This document shows positions 39,668 to 51,014 of a stretch of DNA of 64,000 nt, piece by piece. Origin of the DNA: Squalus acanthias (lineage: Eukaryota). The notes beneath the pieces are model-generated. The model ran no database searches and had not been told where the DNA came from. It saw only the letters and a program-made list of their open reading frames with translations. The stretch covers positions 29,948,001 through 30,012,000 of the forward strand of contig CM059433.1 of the NCBI GenBank assembly GCA_030390025.1, in the 5' to 3' direction. The position numbers were made by a program, and so were the translations under genes. Position 1 is the first letter of the stretch. Each line of letters starts with the position of its first letter.

Positions 39668-39920
39668 GACATAGGAGCAGGTGTAGACCATTCAGCCCCT
39701 TGAGCCTGTTCCACCATTCAATCAGATCATGACTGATCTGTATCTTAGCTCCATCCACCCGCCTTAGTTCCGTAACCCTTAATACCCTTGCCTAACAAAA
39801 ATCTATCAATCTCAGTTTTGGTATTTTGACTTGACCCCCAACCTCAACAGCTTCTTGGGGGAGAGAGTTCCAGATTTCCACTACCCTTTGTGTGAAGAAG
39901 TGCTTCCTGACATCACCAGA
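39668..39920 (-). mobile_element. CR1 LINE 3'-end fragment
   Basis: CATAGGAGCAGG..CATTCAGCCCCTTGAGCCTG tail and homology to 49780-50245. Confidence 0.65.
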
Positions 39921-40162
39921 GAAAATAGAAATGACCTCAGTCTACATCTAAAAGGCAAATAAAATAACTGGGTCAAATTAATTGGGTCCACGTATGTAAA
40001 TATTTCCTGTGAGTAATTCCTGATCTCAATCAGACTGTTGAGAAGTAGGAGAAGGAGAAAATGGAAGGGGATGACCCGAACAGGTCATAGCAAAGGATTG
40101 CAAAGGCAATGATGGTAGAGGCCCAGGGCTGATCAGGTGCTTTATTTCCCTGCTAGGATCAA

Positions 40163-40450
40163 CCATAGCTCAGTGGTTAGTAGTCTCGCCTTTGAGTCAC
40201 AAGGTTGTGGGTTTAAGAGTCACATTAGAGATTTGACTACATAAACTAGACTGACACTGCAGTGCTAGTACTGAGGGAGTGCTACACGGTCGGAGGTGCT
40301 CTCTTTCGGGTGAGCCATTAAATCGAGTCCCTATCTGCCCTCTCAGGTGGACGTAAAAGATCCCATGGCACTATTTTGAAGAAGAGCAGGGGAGTTCTCC
40401 TGGTGTCCCGACCCAACATTTATCTGTCAACTAACGTCACTAAACTACAT
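40163..40450 (+). mobile_element. Deu-domain SINE (SacSINE1-like), 5' half; the 3' half is at ~44632-44800
   Basis: tRNA-like head; GGACGTAAAAGATCCCATGGCACTATTTTGAAGAAGAGCAGGGGAGTTCTCC Deu-like core. Confidence 0.7.
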
Positions 40451-41409
40451 TGGCCAAGGTTAATAGCCGCCGGAAAAAAGAGCGCAGGCAGCACCGGTGT
40501 TTTGGTGCTGCCTGCTGATTTAAATGATTGGAGTGCAAAACCTACTGTGTAACGCATTGTTTCGGGTGGTAGTATCAGCAGGAAGCTAACTGTAGCATGG
40601 CCATAGCGTATTTGGAGCAAAGCAGCGTTGTCTTAAAGCTAGCCTGTCATTTTAGAAACCAGTGTCAAACCCTTAAAGGGGAACTGCCTTCTAAATTAAA
40701 AATTAAAAATCATTTAGAAATGGCAGTCTTTAGCCCTTAGAGTGCGAACACAAATGGCTCAACAAGCCATGGAAGGTGCACCCAGGGTCTCACATGCAGC
40801 ACTCCAGCTTTGGGCAGGAGTTTAACACTGCAAGAGAGGTCCTCTACCCACAGGGGCCAGGAGGCCCTCCAGAAAGAATAATGTGGGACCACATCACTGA
40901 GATCATCACTGCCACCAGTGTCACTCCCACGACCTGGCTCCAGTGCCCAAAGAAGCTTCATGACCTCAGACTAGTGGTCAAGGTCAGTGAATGCACCTTC
41001 AAAAGCTGTCTCCTACCAACTGCACCACTAGCCTCACACTCTGCTCATTGCACGACCACCCATCAGTCACCTACCAACAATCTGTACCAAACACGAGGCA
41101 TACCTCACATTCCTAGCTTCACCCTCACCCACTTGGAGGAGATGTTGCTGGCCATTCTGGGCAGGGGCGTGGCTGAGCCCTTGGCCAGCGGCAGAGATGA
41201 AAGAATGCAAGATGCTGGTAGCCTCATACATTATCCCCCTTCTCACACCCCACTCCCCCGCATCCCACAATATCTTCTGATTTACAAGGTGCGCATGAAG
41301 TAAGCATGCACTTCTTGCTTTCCCGCCCTCCCCTCACCACAACTCTACCCTTGTGCCTTCCTCATTTCAGACACCCAATAAATGTGGCCTGCCCAGCCAC
41401 AGGTTGACC

Positions 41410-41580
41410 AAGAAGAAGAGGGTGAGGGAAGAAGAAGAAGAAGAAGAAGAAGAGGGAGAGGGAAGAAGAAGAGGGGGGAGGAAGAAGAAGAAGAAGAAGA
41501 AGAAGAAGAAGAAAGAAGAAGAAATAAGAAGAAAGAAGGAGAAGAAGGAGAAGGAGAAGAAGGAGATGGAGAGGGAGAGG

Positions 41581-41611
<31 letters not shown>

Positions 41612-41632
41612 AGGGAGAAGAAGAAGAAGAAA
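41410..41632. repeat. (GAA)n/(GA)n purine microsatellite
   Basis: Directly visible. Confidence 0.95.
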
Positions 41633-41808
41633 CACCATCATTCAATTTGACACTCCACGCCACCAGCTCCTCAAGGTTGACCTACAAGGCCATCTGCAGT
41701 GTCCCCCACTGAAAGTCAGCAGCCTTCCACCAGCCATGCTGCAGCCATTGGGTTATCACTACATGACATCACTACGATGGGCAAAGGCACATATAAGACA
41801 GTCACTGA

Positions 41809-43587
41809 GGCTGCGATTTTGCTGACCTCGGCGGGTCCGTGGCGGGCAACGTCAGTGGCGGGTCCCGACCTCGCTGCTGCCTCCATCCTGCTCTGTGAAA
41901 TGAATTTCCCTTGATAGGACTTGTTAAGCCCGCCCAGCGCATTTCCCGGCCAATTAGAGGAAGCGGGTCTGGTGACATCATTTCATGACGCGTCATCAGC
42001 CGGTTTCCTTAAAGGGACCATGTCCAAATTTATTTTGACATTTGTGCTGTCAGTGTTCTACAGCATTGAGGTGCTGCAAACACTGACAAGCACTGCACAG
42101 AGATGCATGGCTGCACCCAGGCTCTCCCATGACTCCCTCCATATGCTTATGGAGGGAGTCACAGCACACGGGGAGGTCCTCTTCCCTTCCCATGGGCGGA
42201 AGAGACCTCCCCAGGAGATCAACACAGCCTGGTTGCACATTGCAGAGGAGGGCACAAGCAGGGATGTGGTCAGGAGGACCTGGGTGCAGTGCCGCAAATG
42301 TTTCAATGATCTCAATAGATCACGAAACGTTAGTACAAAGCCACACTCAACCTCATCCTGCTGTGCCTCTCATCACATCCCCATCACTCTGCCTTCCCTA
42401 CCCTACTCCTGCACATCCTTACTCACACCAACTTACCTTGGACCTCCACCCATCCCTCTCTATCTATATTATCACATCCCCATCTCACTACCCACCCCTC
42501 ACACTCACCCTCATCCTGGTGCAATCATACCAACTAACAACACACAAGGGTAGGCACTTGGGTGTTTTATCTAATGTTCATGTAAAGTTCCTGTTAATGT
42601 GGTGTCAAACGTGGAAATCTTTATTTTCAACACTGCGTTCTTGGACAAATTTGTGTGCATCTTTGGAAGTGGCTTAGTGAGTTGCAGTGAATGGTGAGAC
42701 ATAACGGTATCCCCCGCAATGGTGATGAGTGTGAAAGGAATGGCTTGGGGATTGTAAGGATGCTTTACGGTGTTGGTGTGGGGTGGTGCCAACCTGGTGC
42801 ATCATGTGGCAGCCAGGGTGTACAGCGTCAAGTGAAGTAAATCTGGCTATGATGAGGCCATCCCTGTCCTCCTGGGCAGCAATGTGGTTGAGTGCTGATG
42901 CCCTGTGTCCTGTGCAGCATCAGGTGAATGCAGAGAAGTTTGGTGTTGTTGTTGGTGCTGCTGGTGTGCCTGGTGCTGCTGGTGTTGGTGCTGATCATGG
43001 TGGGATTCTGAGGACCAAGGTGAGAGAGCATAAAGGGCACCCCTGTTGATGGAATAGATGGCAGGTGAAGTTGAGATGACAAAAGCATTCTGTCAATGGT
43101 GAGAAAGGTTGTTCCAATGACACTAGATAGATAGTTTGCTCCAAACACTTACAACCTGCATAAAGCGCAATCTGTGTTCCAAATGCAGTAAGCAACAGCT
43201 TCTGAGCTTGGAAAGTGAACAACTATGAGGTGGGAGCTTTTATAGCACATTTCAAGCTATCAAGTAATCAGCTGATTCATTGGCCATTCATCTCCCGCCT
43301 TAGCTTAACAGACGTGATCCCCAAGCAGCGAGGATCCCGTGGGTGAACAAGTAAAGTCAAAAGGTAAGTTAAAATATATTCTTAATGATGTCTAAGCAAG
43401 GTCATAATGAGTTTAATTGCGTCCCCCGCCGCTGAGTATCAGATCAGCTCAGCGCTGACAGACCCGACATTGAGAAAGGTGCGTGGCAGTGGATTGACAG
43501 TCAGGTCCCAACCCGTTGTCAAAAAAAACCCTTTTCCACTCAACCCGCCACCGATCACGCCCGCTGACCCCCTGCAAAATTCCGGCC
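41809..43587 (+). mobile_element. Nested Harbinger-like transposon with Myb/SANT-like ORF remnant (42107-42330)
   Basis: TIRs GGCTGCGATTTTGC / GCAAAATTCCGGCC; APRLSHDSLHMLMEGV..AWLHIAEE..RTWVQCRKCFNDL. Confidence 0.7.
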
Positions 43588-44024
43588 TCAGGGAATGAAC
43601 AAGGGTGATTAGTTGATTTTTTTAATGTAATATTGGATGTATATATGGATAAAGTTAGATTGGAAAGTTTGCTTTGTGCTGGCTTTTATTTCAGCATTAT
43701 GGCCAAGAGGACGCTGTGATGGTCAGTAACAGTGGGAAGGTAAGGTGTGGGATAAATGTTGAAAGGGGAATTGGTGTTGTGGTCACTGGTACTGCAGGTG
43801 GATGATTCCATCCCAGATATCCCAGCCAGAAAAGGGCTGTCTGGGTTGCATCCCTCCTTCCACTTCCTCCTCTTCGGCTTCCTCCTCTTCGGCGTCTTCC
43901 TCTTCAGTGTCTTCCTCTTCGGCATCTTCCTCTTCCCTCTGTGAGCAGCTTGTCCCCTTTGCTGCCTCTGCTTCATCTCCATGTGCCCTCCAGGACTGTG
44001 AGCAAGTGATCTTCTCAGAGGCAA

Positions 44025-44172
44025 AATACTGCAGATGCTGGAAATCTGAAATAAAAGCAGAAAATGCTGGAAATACTCAGCAGGTTAGGCAGCATCTCGA
44101 CCTAAGACGTTAACTCTGTTTCTCTCTCCACGGATGCTGCCTGACCTGTTGAATATTTCCAGCATTTTCTGT
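44025..44172. repeat. Short fold-back repeat (Penelope-associated-like)
   Basis: CAGAAAATGCTGGAAATACTCAGCAGGTTAGGCAGCATC pairs with GATGCTGCCTGACCTGTTGAATATTTCCAGCATTTTCTG. Confidence 0.55.
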
Positions 44173-44631
44173 CTTCTCAGAGCCCTTCCTTTACCATCCA
44201 AAGTCTTGCAAGTGTCCAGCAGCACTCCCTGCACACTTTAACAACATTTTAAATCTATTGCACCAAGCCAATACTTCAATCAAATATTTTTTAAAAACAG
44301 TCCAAAAGCTGAAATCCAAACTTACATGAAAGATGTGCGTGTTCTTTAAGAAGTCCTGACAGTGTCTCTGCAGGGCTACTTCTGTGCATATTCAGGACAC
44401 AGCGAAATGGAAAGCGAGAACATCCAAATTAGCAGTCGTGGGACAAATCAGGCGTTGGATGCCGATTGACATCACAATCTGCTTATTTAAATTTGAGAGG
44501 CCAGCACAGTCAACGGCAGCGCTATGGCTCTTACCAAAATGTCGTCCGCTGTGTCCCGTGCCGGAAGCGAGGCGGCTGCCATTTTTTCTATAAAACCGGC
44601 TTTAACAGCCGACATTACAGCATCGAATTTC

Positions 44632-44800
44632 ATCTGGTCATTATCACATTGCTGTTTGTGGGACCTTGCTGCATGTAAATTGGCAGCCGCGTTTCCTACG
44701 TTACAACAGTGACTACACTTCAAAAGCACTTCATTGGTTGTAAAGTTCTTTGGGACGTACTGAATTGGTGAAAGGCGCTGTAGAAGTGCAAATCTTTCTC
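44632..44800 (+). mobile_element. Deu-domain SINE 3' half
   Basis: CATTGCTGTTTGTGGGACCTTGCT..CAGTGACTACACTTCAAAAG; also seen at 53310-53510 (+), 47620-47700 (-) and 53832-53912 (-). Confidence 0.65.
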
Positions 44801-45178
44801 AATATAAATGCAAGTACAATGTGGTCAGTGTCGCATGCTTAGGAAGAACAGGTGACTTTGGACCTTATTTTCCCAAAGCTCTCCACCACTGGGTTTTTCC
44901 TCGCCTCATGTCTGGGTCTGTTGTAGACTAATTGATAGAGATTGATTGCTATGATTAGTCAACAACTCCATTATCGTTCTATCAAGCGACTACCAGGATG
45001 GTAGAAGAGGAACTAGATGGACCGTGGTCTTTTTCGTCGAGCAGTTCCTATTTGCTCTGCTATACCTGATCTGGAAATACTTCATGCTGAAATCCCCCAG
45101 TGCTGACATCCTTTAATGTGTTAAGCACAAAAATTCCCACAAGTAAACAAATAATTCAAGACAGTTATTCACCATATA

Positions 45179-46088
45179 GGGGGGAATCTTAACCCAAAAT
45201 AACGGGTGGATTGGGGTCGGGTGGGAAGTTAAAGTGTTAAAAATCTGAATCCCGACCAGAACTCAGCTCCAATCCGCCCACTTCTGGTTTTAACGGAGTC
45301 GGGACAGGGGGTAGGCAGCCAACCCACTCCCAGGAGGCGGGCCGACCATTTAAATATTATAATGAGGCTGCCGTGCCTCAGATTTAACCTCCATTTTAAA
45401 TTAAACTGTAGCTGGTCGGGTTTTGCAGGCCTCGTGAAACCCACCAACTAAAGTAAGGCGAGGACTGCTGGATCCAGGAGGTAAGTGCCTTTACGCTTAC
45501 CTCCGGGATCCAGCGTCCCTGCCTAATCCACCCCCTGCAATCAGAGACCACCCCACGAGGCCTTCAATCCCCCAACATGGCCTCTCCCACCTATGCTCCT
45601 CCAGCCCCCCAATGTCATCTGCCTCCCCCCGCACAAACCTCCGCCTCACCCCCCGATGACGTCTGTGCCCCCACCCCCCATGCTCCTCCGGCCCCCCGAT
45701 GTCGTCTGCCTCCCACCCCCACCCCGCTCCTATGGCGCCCCCCCCCCGATGTCATCTGCCTCCCCCCCTGCTCCTCCGGCCCTCTGATCATTTTCCGGAC
45801 CCCCCCCGGTGCTCCTCCGCTGCCCCCCCCCCCAACCCCGATCAGCCCCCAGCCCCACTCGATCCCTCCCTCCTCTCTGTGGCCGAGTGCCACAGGCCTA
45901 CTCGCCTGCAGCCAGCCAGCCTCTCCATCTGGATTGGCTGCAGGGGAGGGCGGGAACAGTGGTTTCCAATGCAAATCAAGCCCTGCCGTTAAATTCAGCA
46001 GGGCCTGCGGGGTACCCGTTCTCCCAGGTTTCCCGACTACTGCCAAGCTCCCCCGCTCCAACCTTGCCAAAGTATTAAAATTCAGGCC
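45179..46088. mobile_element. Harbinger-like MITE with C-rich interior; a related copy is at ~55320-56020
   Basis: Imperfect termini GGGGGGAATCTTAA / TTAAAATTCAGGCC; 5' part homologous to 55320-55680. Confidence 0.55.
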
Positions 46089-46584
46089 TATTCAAAGTGG
46101 CAGTACAATGAGTAGTTTGATTGGTGTTACATGTATGTAGGATAGAGACCTGTATAGAAACTGTGCTTTTTATTTCTATACGGGTCTTATACCTTCTCAC
46201 TCAAAACTGGGAAACTCTTTTCCTCCCTCAAACTTCGCTAACTTCTACAATTAACAGGCTTTGAAAACCCACAAGTGGTGTCACCTTAACATGACTTCTT
46301 GATTTATCCTGTCTTCTTTCATACTGTTTTCAACTTAGGTTGGACATCCTGAACTATGATCCTTAGCCTAGACTTCTCAAGATAAAAAGTAGCAAAGAAA
46401 CTTTTCGAAGTACTTTGCATATATTGAGTGGCTTTCAGGCAGAGAAACATGGCAGCCATTTTGCACTCAGCAGGATCCCAGAAATAACGATGAAATGAAT
46501 GTTGGGCAAGAAAACTCCCTCGTCTTTACTGCTTATCACAGAGCCTTGATGTCTCACCTGAAGGATCGCACCTTTCTCAATATT

Positions 46585-47016
46585 AAACATAGAAACATAG
46601 AATCTAGGAGCAGGAGTAGGCCATTCGGCCCGTCGAGCCTGCTCCACCATTCAATACGATCATGGCTGATCATCCAAATCCAGTACCCTGTCCCTGCTTT
46701 AATCCCCACAGTACACATATCCCAACCTACCCCCGTAACCCCACGTATTTAATTCCCCCTAACATATCCCATCCTATCCCCATAACCCCACATATTTAAT
46801 CCCCCCCTAACACTAAGGGTCAATTTATCATAGCCAAATCAACCTAACCCGCACATTTTTGGACTGTGGGAGGAAACCGGAGCACCCGGAGGAAACCCAC
46901 GCAGACACGGGGAGAATGTGCAAACTCCACACAGACAGTCACCCGAGGTCAGATTCGAACCCGGGTCCCTGGCGCTGTGAGGCACCAGTGCTAACCACTA
47001 TGCCACCGTGTTGCCC
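46585..47016 (-). mobile_element. Full-length HE1/V-SINE-like SINE
   Basis: Near-identical reverse complement of 16712-17147. Confidence 0.92.
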
Positions 47017-47306
47017 TGTGGTAGCTTAGTTTTTGCACTCAATCCAGAGGCAAATTTTGAGCCCACCGCCTTTGGACTCAGAGGCAAGAGTGCTACCAGT
47101 CGAGCCAAGCTGTACGACAAAGCTCGTCGACTCACCATTAAAATATAACTGTGTTCAAGTTAAACAGAATTAACTCGTGTGTTTCCAGATTATTTTCCAT
47201 CGGTATAAATGTGGGATCGATTTGAAAGTGTTGGCTCAAAATTCTAAGTGGCTTTCTTCAGTCGGTGCGTTACCTTGTCCACTTAATGGCAAACAACCTA
47301 TCATAC

Positions 47307-47479
47307 CTGAAAAAAACGAGACGGAACAGTCTTCGATCTTGAAATCCCATGAAAGTCACTTGCTTCAAAACGGATAAACCGTATGTCTTCTCTTGTGATC
47401 TGTTGCTTCACTTGCTCAATAGTAGTGCTTGTTTGTGGGGTAGTTGAACAGTTGTTCATAGGTAGTTCTTTCATGTTAT
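47307..47479 (-). CDS. LGSN: Lengsin internal exon (GS N-terminal beta-grasp region)
   Basis: Translates ..IEQVKQQITREDIRFIRFEASDFHGISRSKTVPSRFFQ; AG/GT boundaries; 173 bp, phases fit both neighbouring exons. Confidence 0.93.
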
Positions 47480-47814
47480 CTGTAAGATAAAAAGAGATTA
47501 TTATATAAAATGGAATTACATAGAGGCTACAGCACAGAAACAGGCCATTCGGCCCAACAGGTCTATGCCGTGTTTATACTCCACACAAGCCTCCTCACAA
47601 TTATATTGCACCTTTCACGACCTCAGGACATCCCAAAGTGCTTTACAACCAATGAAGTACTTTTGAAGTGTAGTCACTATTGTATTGTAGGAAACGTGGC
47701 ATAAACGTTGGATAATCCTGGTCAAGACAAATTACCATCTCATGTAAGTGGAGAAGTGAGAGAAATGGTTTTTAACACCATTTCTCAAGGGTTTCCACCG
47801 AAGGTATGCTGGGA

Positions 47815-48205
47815 TATATCCCTCCATGGCCTCGCCCCTCCCTATCTCTGTACCCTCCTCCAGCCCTACAACCCTCCAAGGTCTCTACGCTTCTCCAATT
47901 CCAGCCTCTTGTGCATCCCCGATTTTTCCTTCGCCCCACCATTGTCGGCCGTGCCTTCAGCTGCCTAGGCCCTAAGTGCTGGAATTCCCTCTCTAAACCT
48001 CTCTGCCTCTCTACCTCTCTCTCCTCCTTTCAGTTGCTCCTTAAAACCTACCTCTTTGATCAAGCTTTTGGTCACCTGTCCTAGTATCTCTTTATATGGC
48101 TCCGTGTCAGACTTTGTTTCGTAACGCTGCTGTGAAGCACCGTGGAACATTTTACTATGTTAAAAACGCTATATAAATGCACTATATAAATAGTTGCTGT
48201 TGTTG
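47815..48205 (+). mobile_element. L2-type LINE 3' fragment
   Basis: LHGLAPPYL..GRAFSCLGPKCWNSL..LLKTYLFDQAF; tail GCTATATAAATGC..GTTGTTG. Confidence 0.75.
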
Positions 48206-48304
48206 AGATTGGGAGATCCCCATGGAAATTCTCCCTCTAAAATTGACTGGTTTGCATTGTATTTGCATTCGGTGATTGGATTAGCAATGAGGTAAAGTAC
48301 TAAC

Positions 48305-49055
48305 CAGCCACATTTGAACTCCAAATTGGGTCATGCTTTGATCCTTGCCTGCTGTCAGTGCGACAAGGTAATGTTGATATCTTCAAGCTCGTTGGTTTGA
48401 TGTTGGTACTCTCGGGTTTTTGGGCATCCGAAGTAGCCACTGCAGGCTTTGGTAGCTCATCTCTAGCAGACGTCTCTTTTGGTCTCTGTGCCGTCAGCTG
48501 TTCAGGGATGCTGGAATATGCTGTTGAGCAGGTGGCGGGTTTACCAGCTCCCTCTATGGGTTTCTCCTCAGGAGTCTGCACCTTCAAATTGGAGGGTGAA
48601 CCGATGGGTTTATTGCTCACTTTCTGCCGGCTGATAATTAAAGGGCTCTCCTTTAGAAGGGCTTTCAATTCTTCCATTGTGTCTTTTGAAATCCCACCCT
48701 TTGAAACAAATATGCCTTTGTTCTTTTCCTCACCGTTCCCATTGCTCGTTTCCCATTCCTCCATGGACCTCTCTTCTTCCCTTTGACTGTCTACTCCCTG
48801 TCGATCACACTTTACGTCCGCAAGTAGCTCATCTGCGAGAAGGGGTTGGGCTGGTTTGTGAAGGGGCTCTCCTGTGACTATTGACAGACCTGGTCTATGA
48901 AGGTAGGAATGACCTGTCGAGCTTGATGGGTGTTTCCTCTCGACTCTCTCCCACTCCAGGGGCGGCATGTATTTTCCGCTGACTCTGACACCCCTTTTCC
49001 GCCCAGTGCAGGATATCCCACTGCCATCGATTTCATCTGCTTCATCAGTCGCTTC
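48305..49055 (-). CDS. LGSN: Lengsin large N-terminal exon (751 bp)
   Basis: Open frame EATDEADEIDGSG..RKRGVRVSGKYMPPLEWE..NVA; acceptor TAG at 49056-49058; donor GTTAGT, phase 1, matches the next exon. Confidence 0.8.
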
Positions 49056-49284
49056 CTATCAGTAAGACATTGCATCTGGTTACTAAATGGAAAGAATACA
49101 ATTGCTTGAATAAGCCAGGCTGGAACAAAGCATACTCATCCCTCAGAGAGAAGAGCAACAACTCAAAGCTCAATTTGAATATTTCTGCCTGTGTAAAATG
49201 TTTGCCTGTAGCGTTTTTAAAACTAATTAATGTTCTTCATTCAGTCAGGAACAGAATACCAAGGCTTCCTTCACTTTTCAGGTA

Positions 49285-49512
49285 AGATGCAGCAAGTTGT
49301 TGTGATCTGGAATGCACTGCCTGAAAGGGTGGTGGAAACAGATTCAATAGTAATTTTCAAAAGGGAATTGGATAAATATTTAGAGAGGAAAAATTTGCAG
49401 GTCTATGGGAAAGAGCAGGGGAGTGGGACTAATTGGATAGCTCTTTCAAAGAGCACAGGCACGATTGGCCGAATGTCCTCCTACCACATTGTATCATTCT
49501 CTGATTCGCTGT
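49285..49512 (+). mobile_element. CR1 LINE 3' fragment
   Basis: VVIWNALPERVVETDSIVIFKRELDKYL. Confidence 0.75.
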
Positions 49513-49779
49513 GATGCTTTATAATTTCACTCCCCGACTTGATTAAGAATAGTAAATTCGTGGAGTATGGCATAAACCCATATCATAGTGAACTGGCTCA
49601 TGTTGGACCCCTCTTCCCCCCACCCCCCCCCACCTCTGATACTGGGTTTGTTTGCATCCCTACTTTCAAGACTAACAGTTACCAGGAAGTTGACCCAAAT
49701 CAGTAACACATGAGTTTTAATAGATCAAAAAACAGTGATAATAGTGCTGACAAGAAATACTTCCTAGCATCTAGTAGCA

Positions 49780-50245
49780 TAGGAACATAGATACAGGAGT
49801 AGGGTATTCAGCCCCTCGTTAGATCAGGGCTGATCTGTGCCTTAACTCTGTCTACCCACCTTGGTTCCATGACCCTTAATACCCTTGCCTAACAAAAATC
49901 TATCAATCGCAGTTTTTCAATCTTTAGTTGACCCCCAACCTCAACAGCTTTTTGGGGGAGAGTGTTCCAGATTTCCACTGCCCTTTCTGTGAAGAGGTGC
50001 TTCCTGACATCACTCCTGAATGGCCTAGCTCTAATTTTAAGGATATGCCCCCTTGTTCTGGACTCCCCCCGCCCCCTCCCCCACCAGAGGAAATAGTTTC
50101 TGTCTATTTACCCTATTAAATCCCATAATCATCTTAAACATATCAATTAGGTCACGCCTTACTCTTCTATACTCAAGGGAAAACAAGCCTAGTCTATGCA
50201 ACCTGTCCTCATAATTTAACCCTTTTAGCCCCGGTATCATTTGAT
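49780..50245 (-). mobile_element. CR1 LINE 3' fragment
   Basis: MIPGLKGLNYEDRLHRLGLFSLEYRRVRRDLI. Confidence 0.8.
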
Positions 50246-50739
50246 ACTGCAACCTAGAGTTTGTGTCAGGGTCAGAGATTGAATTAGAATCAACATCACT
50301 GTATGATAACAACTTCCTTGCAATATCTTAGGATGCAAAATGTTACTAATTTTCTTGATTTGACGTTAAGGAGATGCATTGTTTTGTCCTTTTTAACAAT
50401 CCTAATTTATTTTCTCCCCTACTTATTCTGGTCGTCTTAGGCCATACATAACAACAATGTGCATTTATATAGCGCCTTTAAAGCGTAGTAAAATGTCACA
50501 ACTACCCAGCGATCCACTTCCTCTTTGAACTAGTTAGCTCAGTCAGTGCCCATGACCACGACGGATGACAACTCACCAAGTCTAGAATAAATTCAAATCA
50601 AATCTCTACTTCACGCTTCACAGGAGTGTAATAAGAGAAAATTTGACACCGAGTCACAAAAGGAGATATTAGGATAGGTGACCAAAAGCTTGGTCAAAGA
50701 GGTAGGTTTTAAGGAGTGTCTTAAAGGAGGAGAGAGAGC

Positions 50740-50885
50740 ACTTCCGACAGTGCAGCACTCCCTCAGCACTGCACTGGAGTGTCAGCCTAGATTATGTGCT
50801 CAAGTCTCTGGAGCGGGGTGTGAACCCACAACCTTCGAGGCTCAGAGATGAGAGTGCGACCCACTGAGCCATAGTTGACACCATG
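50740..50885 (-). mobile_element. Deu-SINE 5' (tRNA-derived) fragment
   Basis: Reverse-complement homolog of 40163-40300. Confidence 0.55.
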
Positions 50886-51014
50886 ACAGATGACAGCTCT
50901 GGACTGTTCCCAGCTTTCCAGATGATTTTACATCCAATTTTTTCTGGATGATGAATAAGGATTGTGTAACGCAGACAGTACAGAACTCAGAGCTAACAGG
51001 CAGCATAAAAATGA

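Larger units (their letters stand above)
40451..44631. mobile_element. Degenerate Harbinger-derived element splitting the Deu-SINE; carries a Myb/SANT-like remnant (~40770-40985)
   Basis: REVLYP..IMWDHITEII..TWLQCPKKLHDL resembles Harbinger Myb-like proteins; boundaries inferred from the split SINE. Confidence 0.5.

Noticed and set aside
41345..41825. Poly-E/K/R/S ORFs
   Set aside because: Translation of a GAA/GA microsatellite
44090..44120. Possible Penelope-type minimal hammerhead ribozyme
   Set aside because: The CUGANGA and GAAA core motifs are absent in this copy
45577..46140. Proline-rich ORFs (also 55636-56256)
   Set aside because: C-rich low-complexity interior of MITEs
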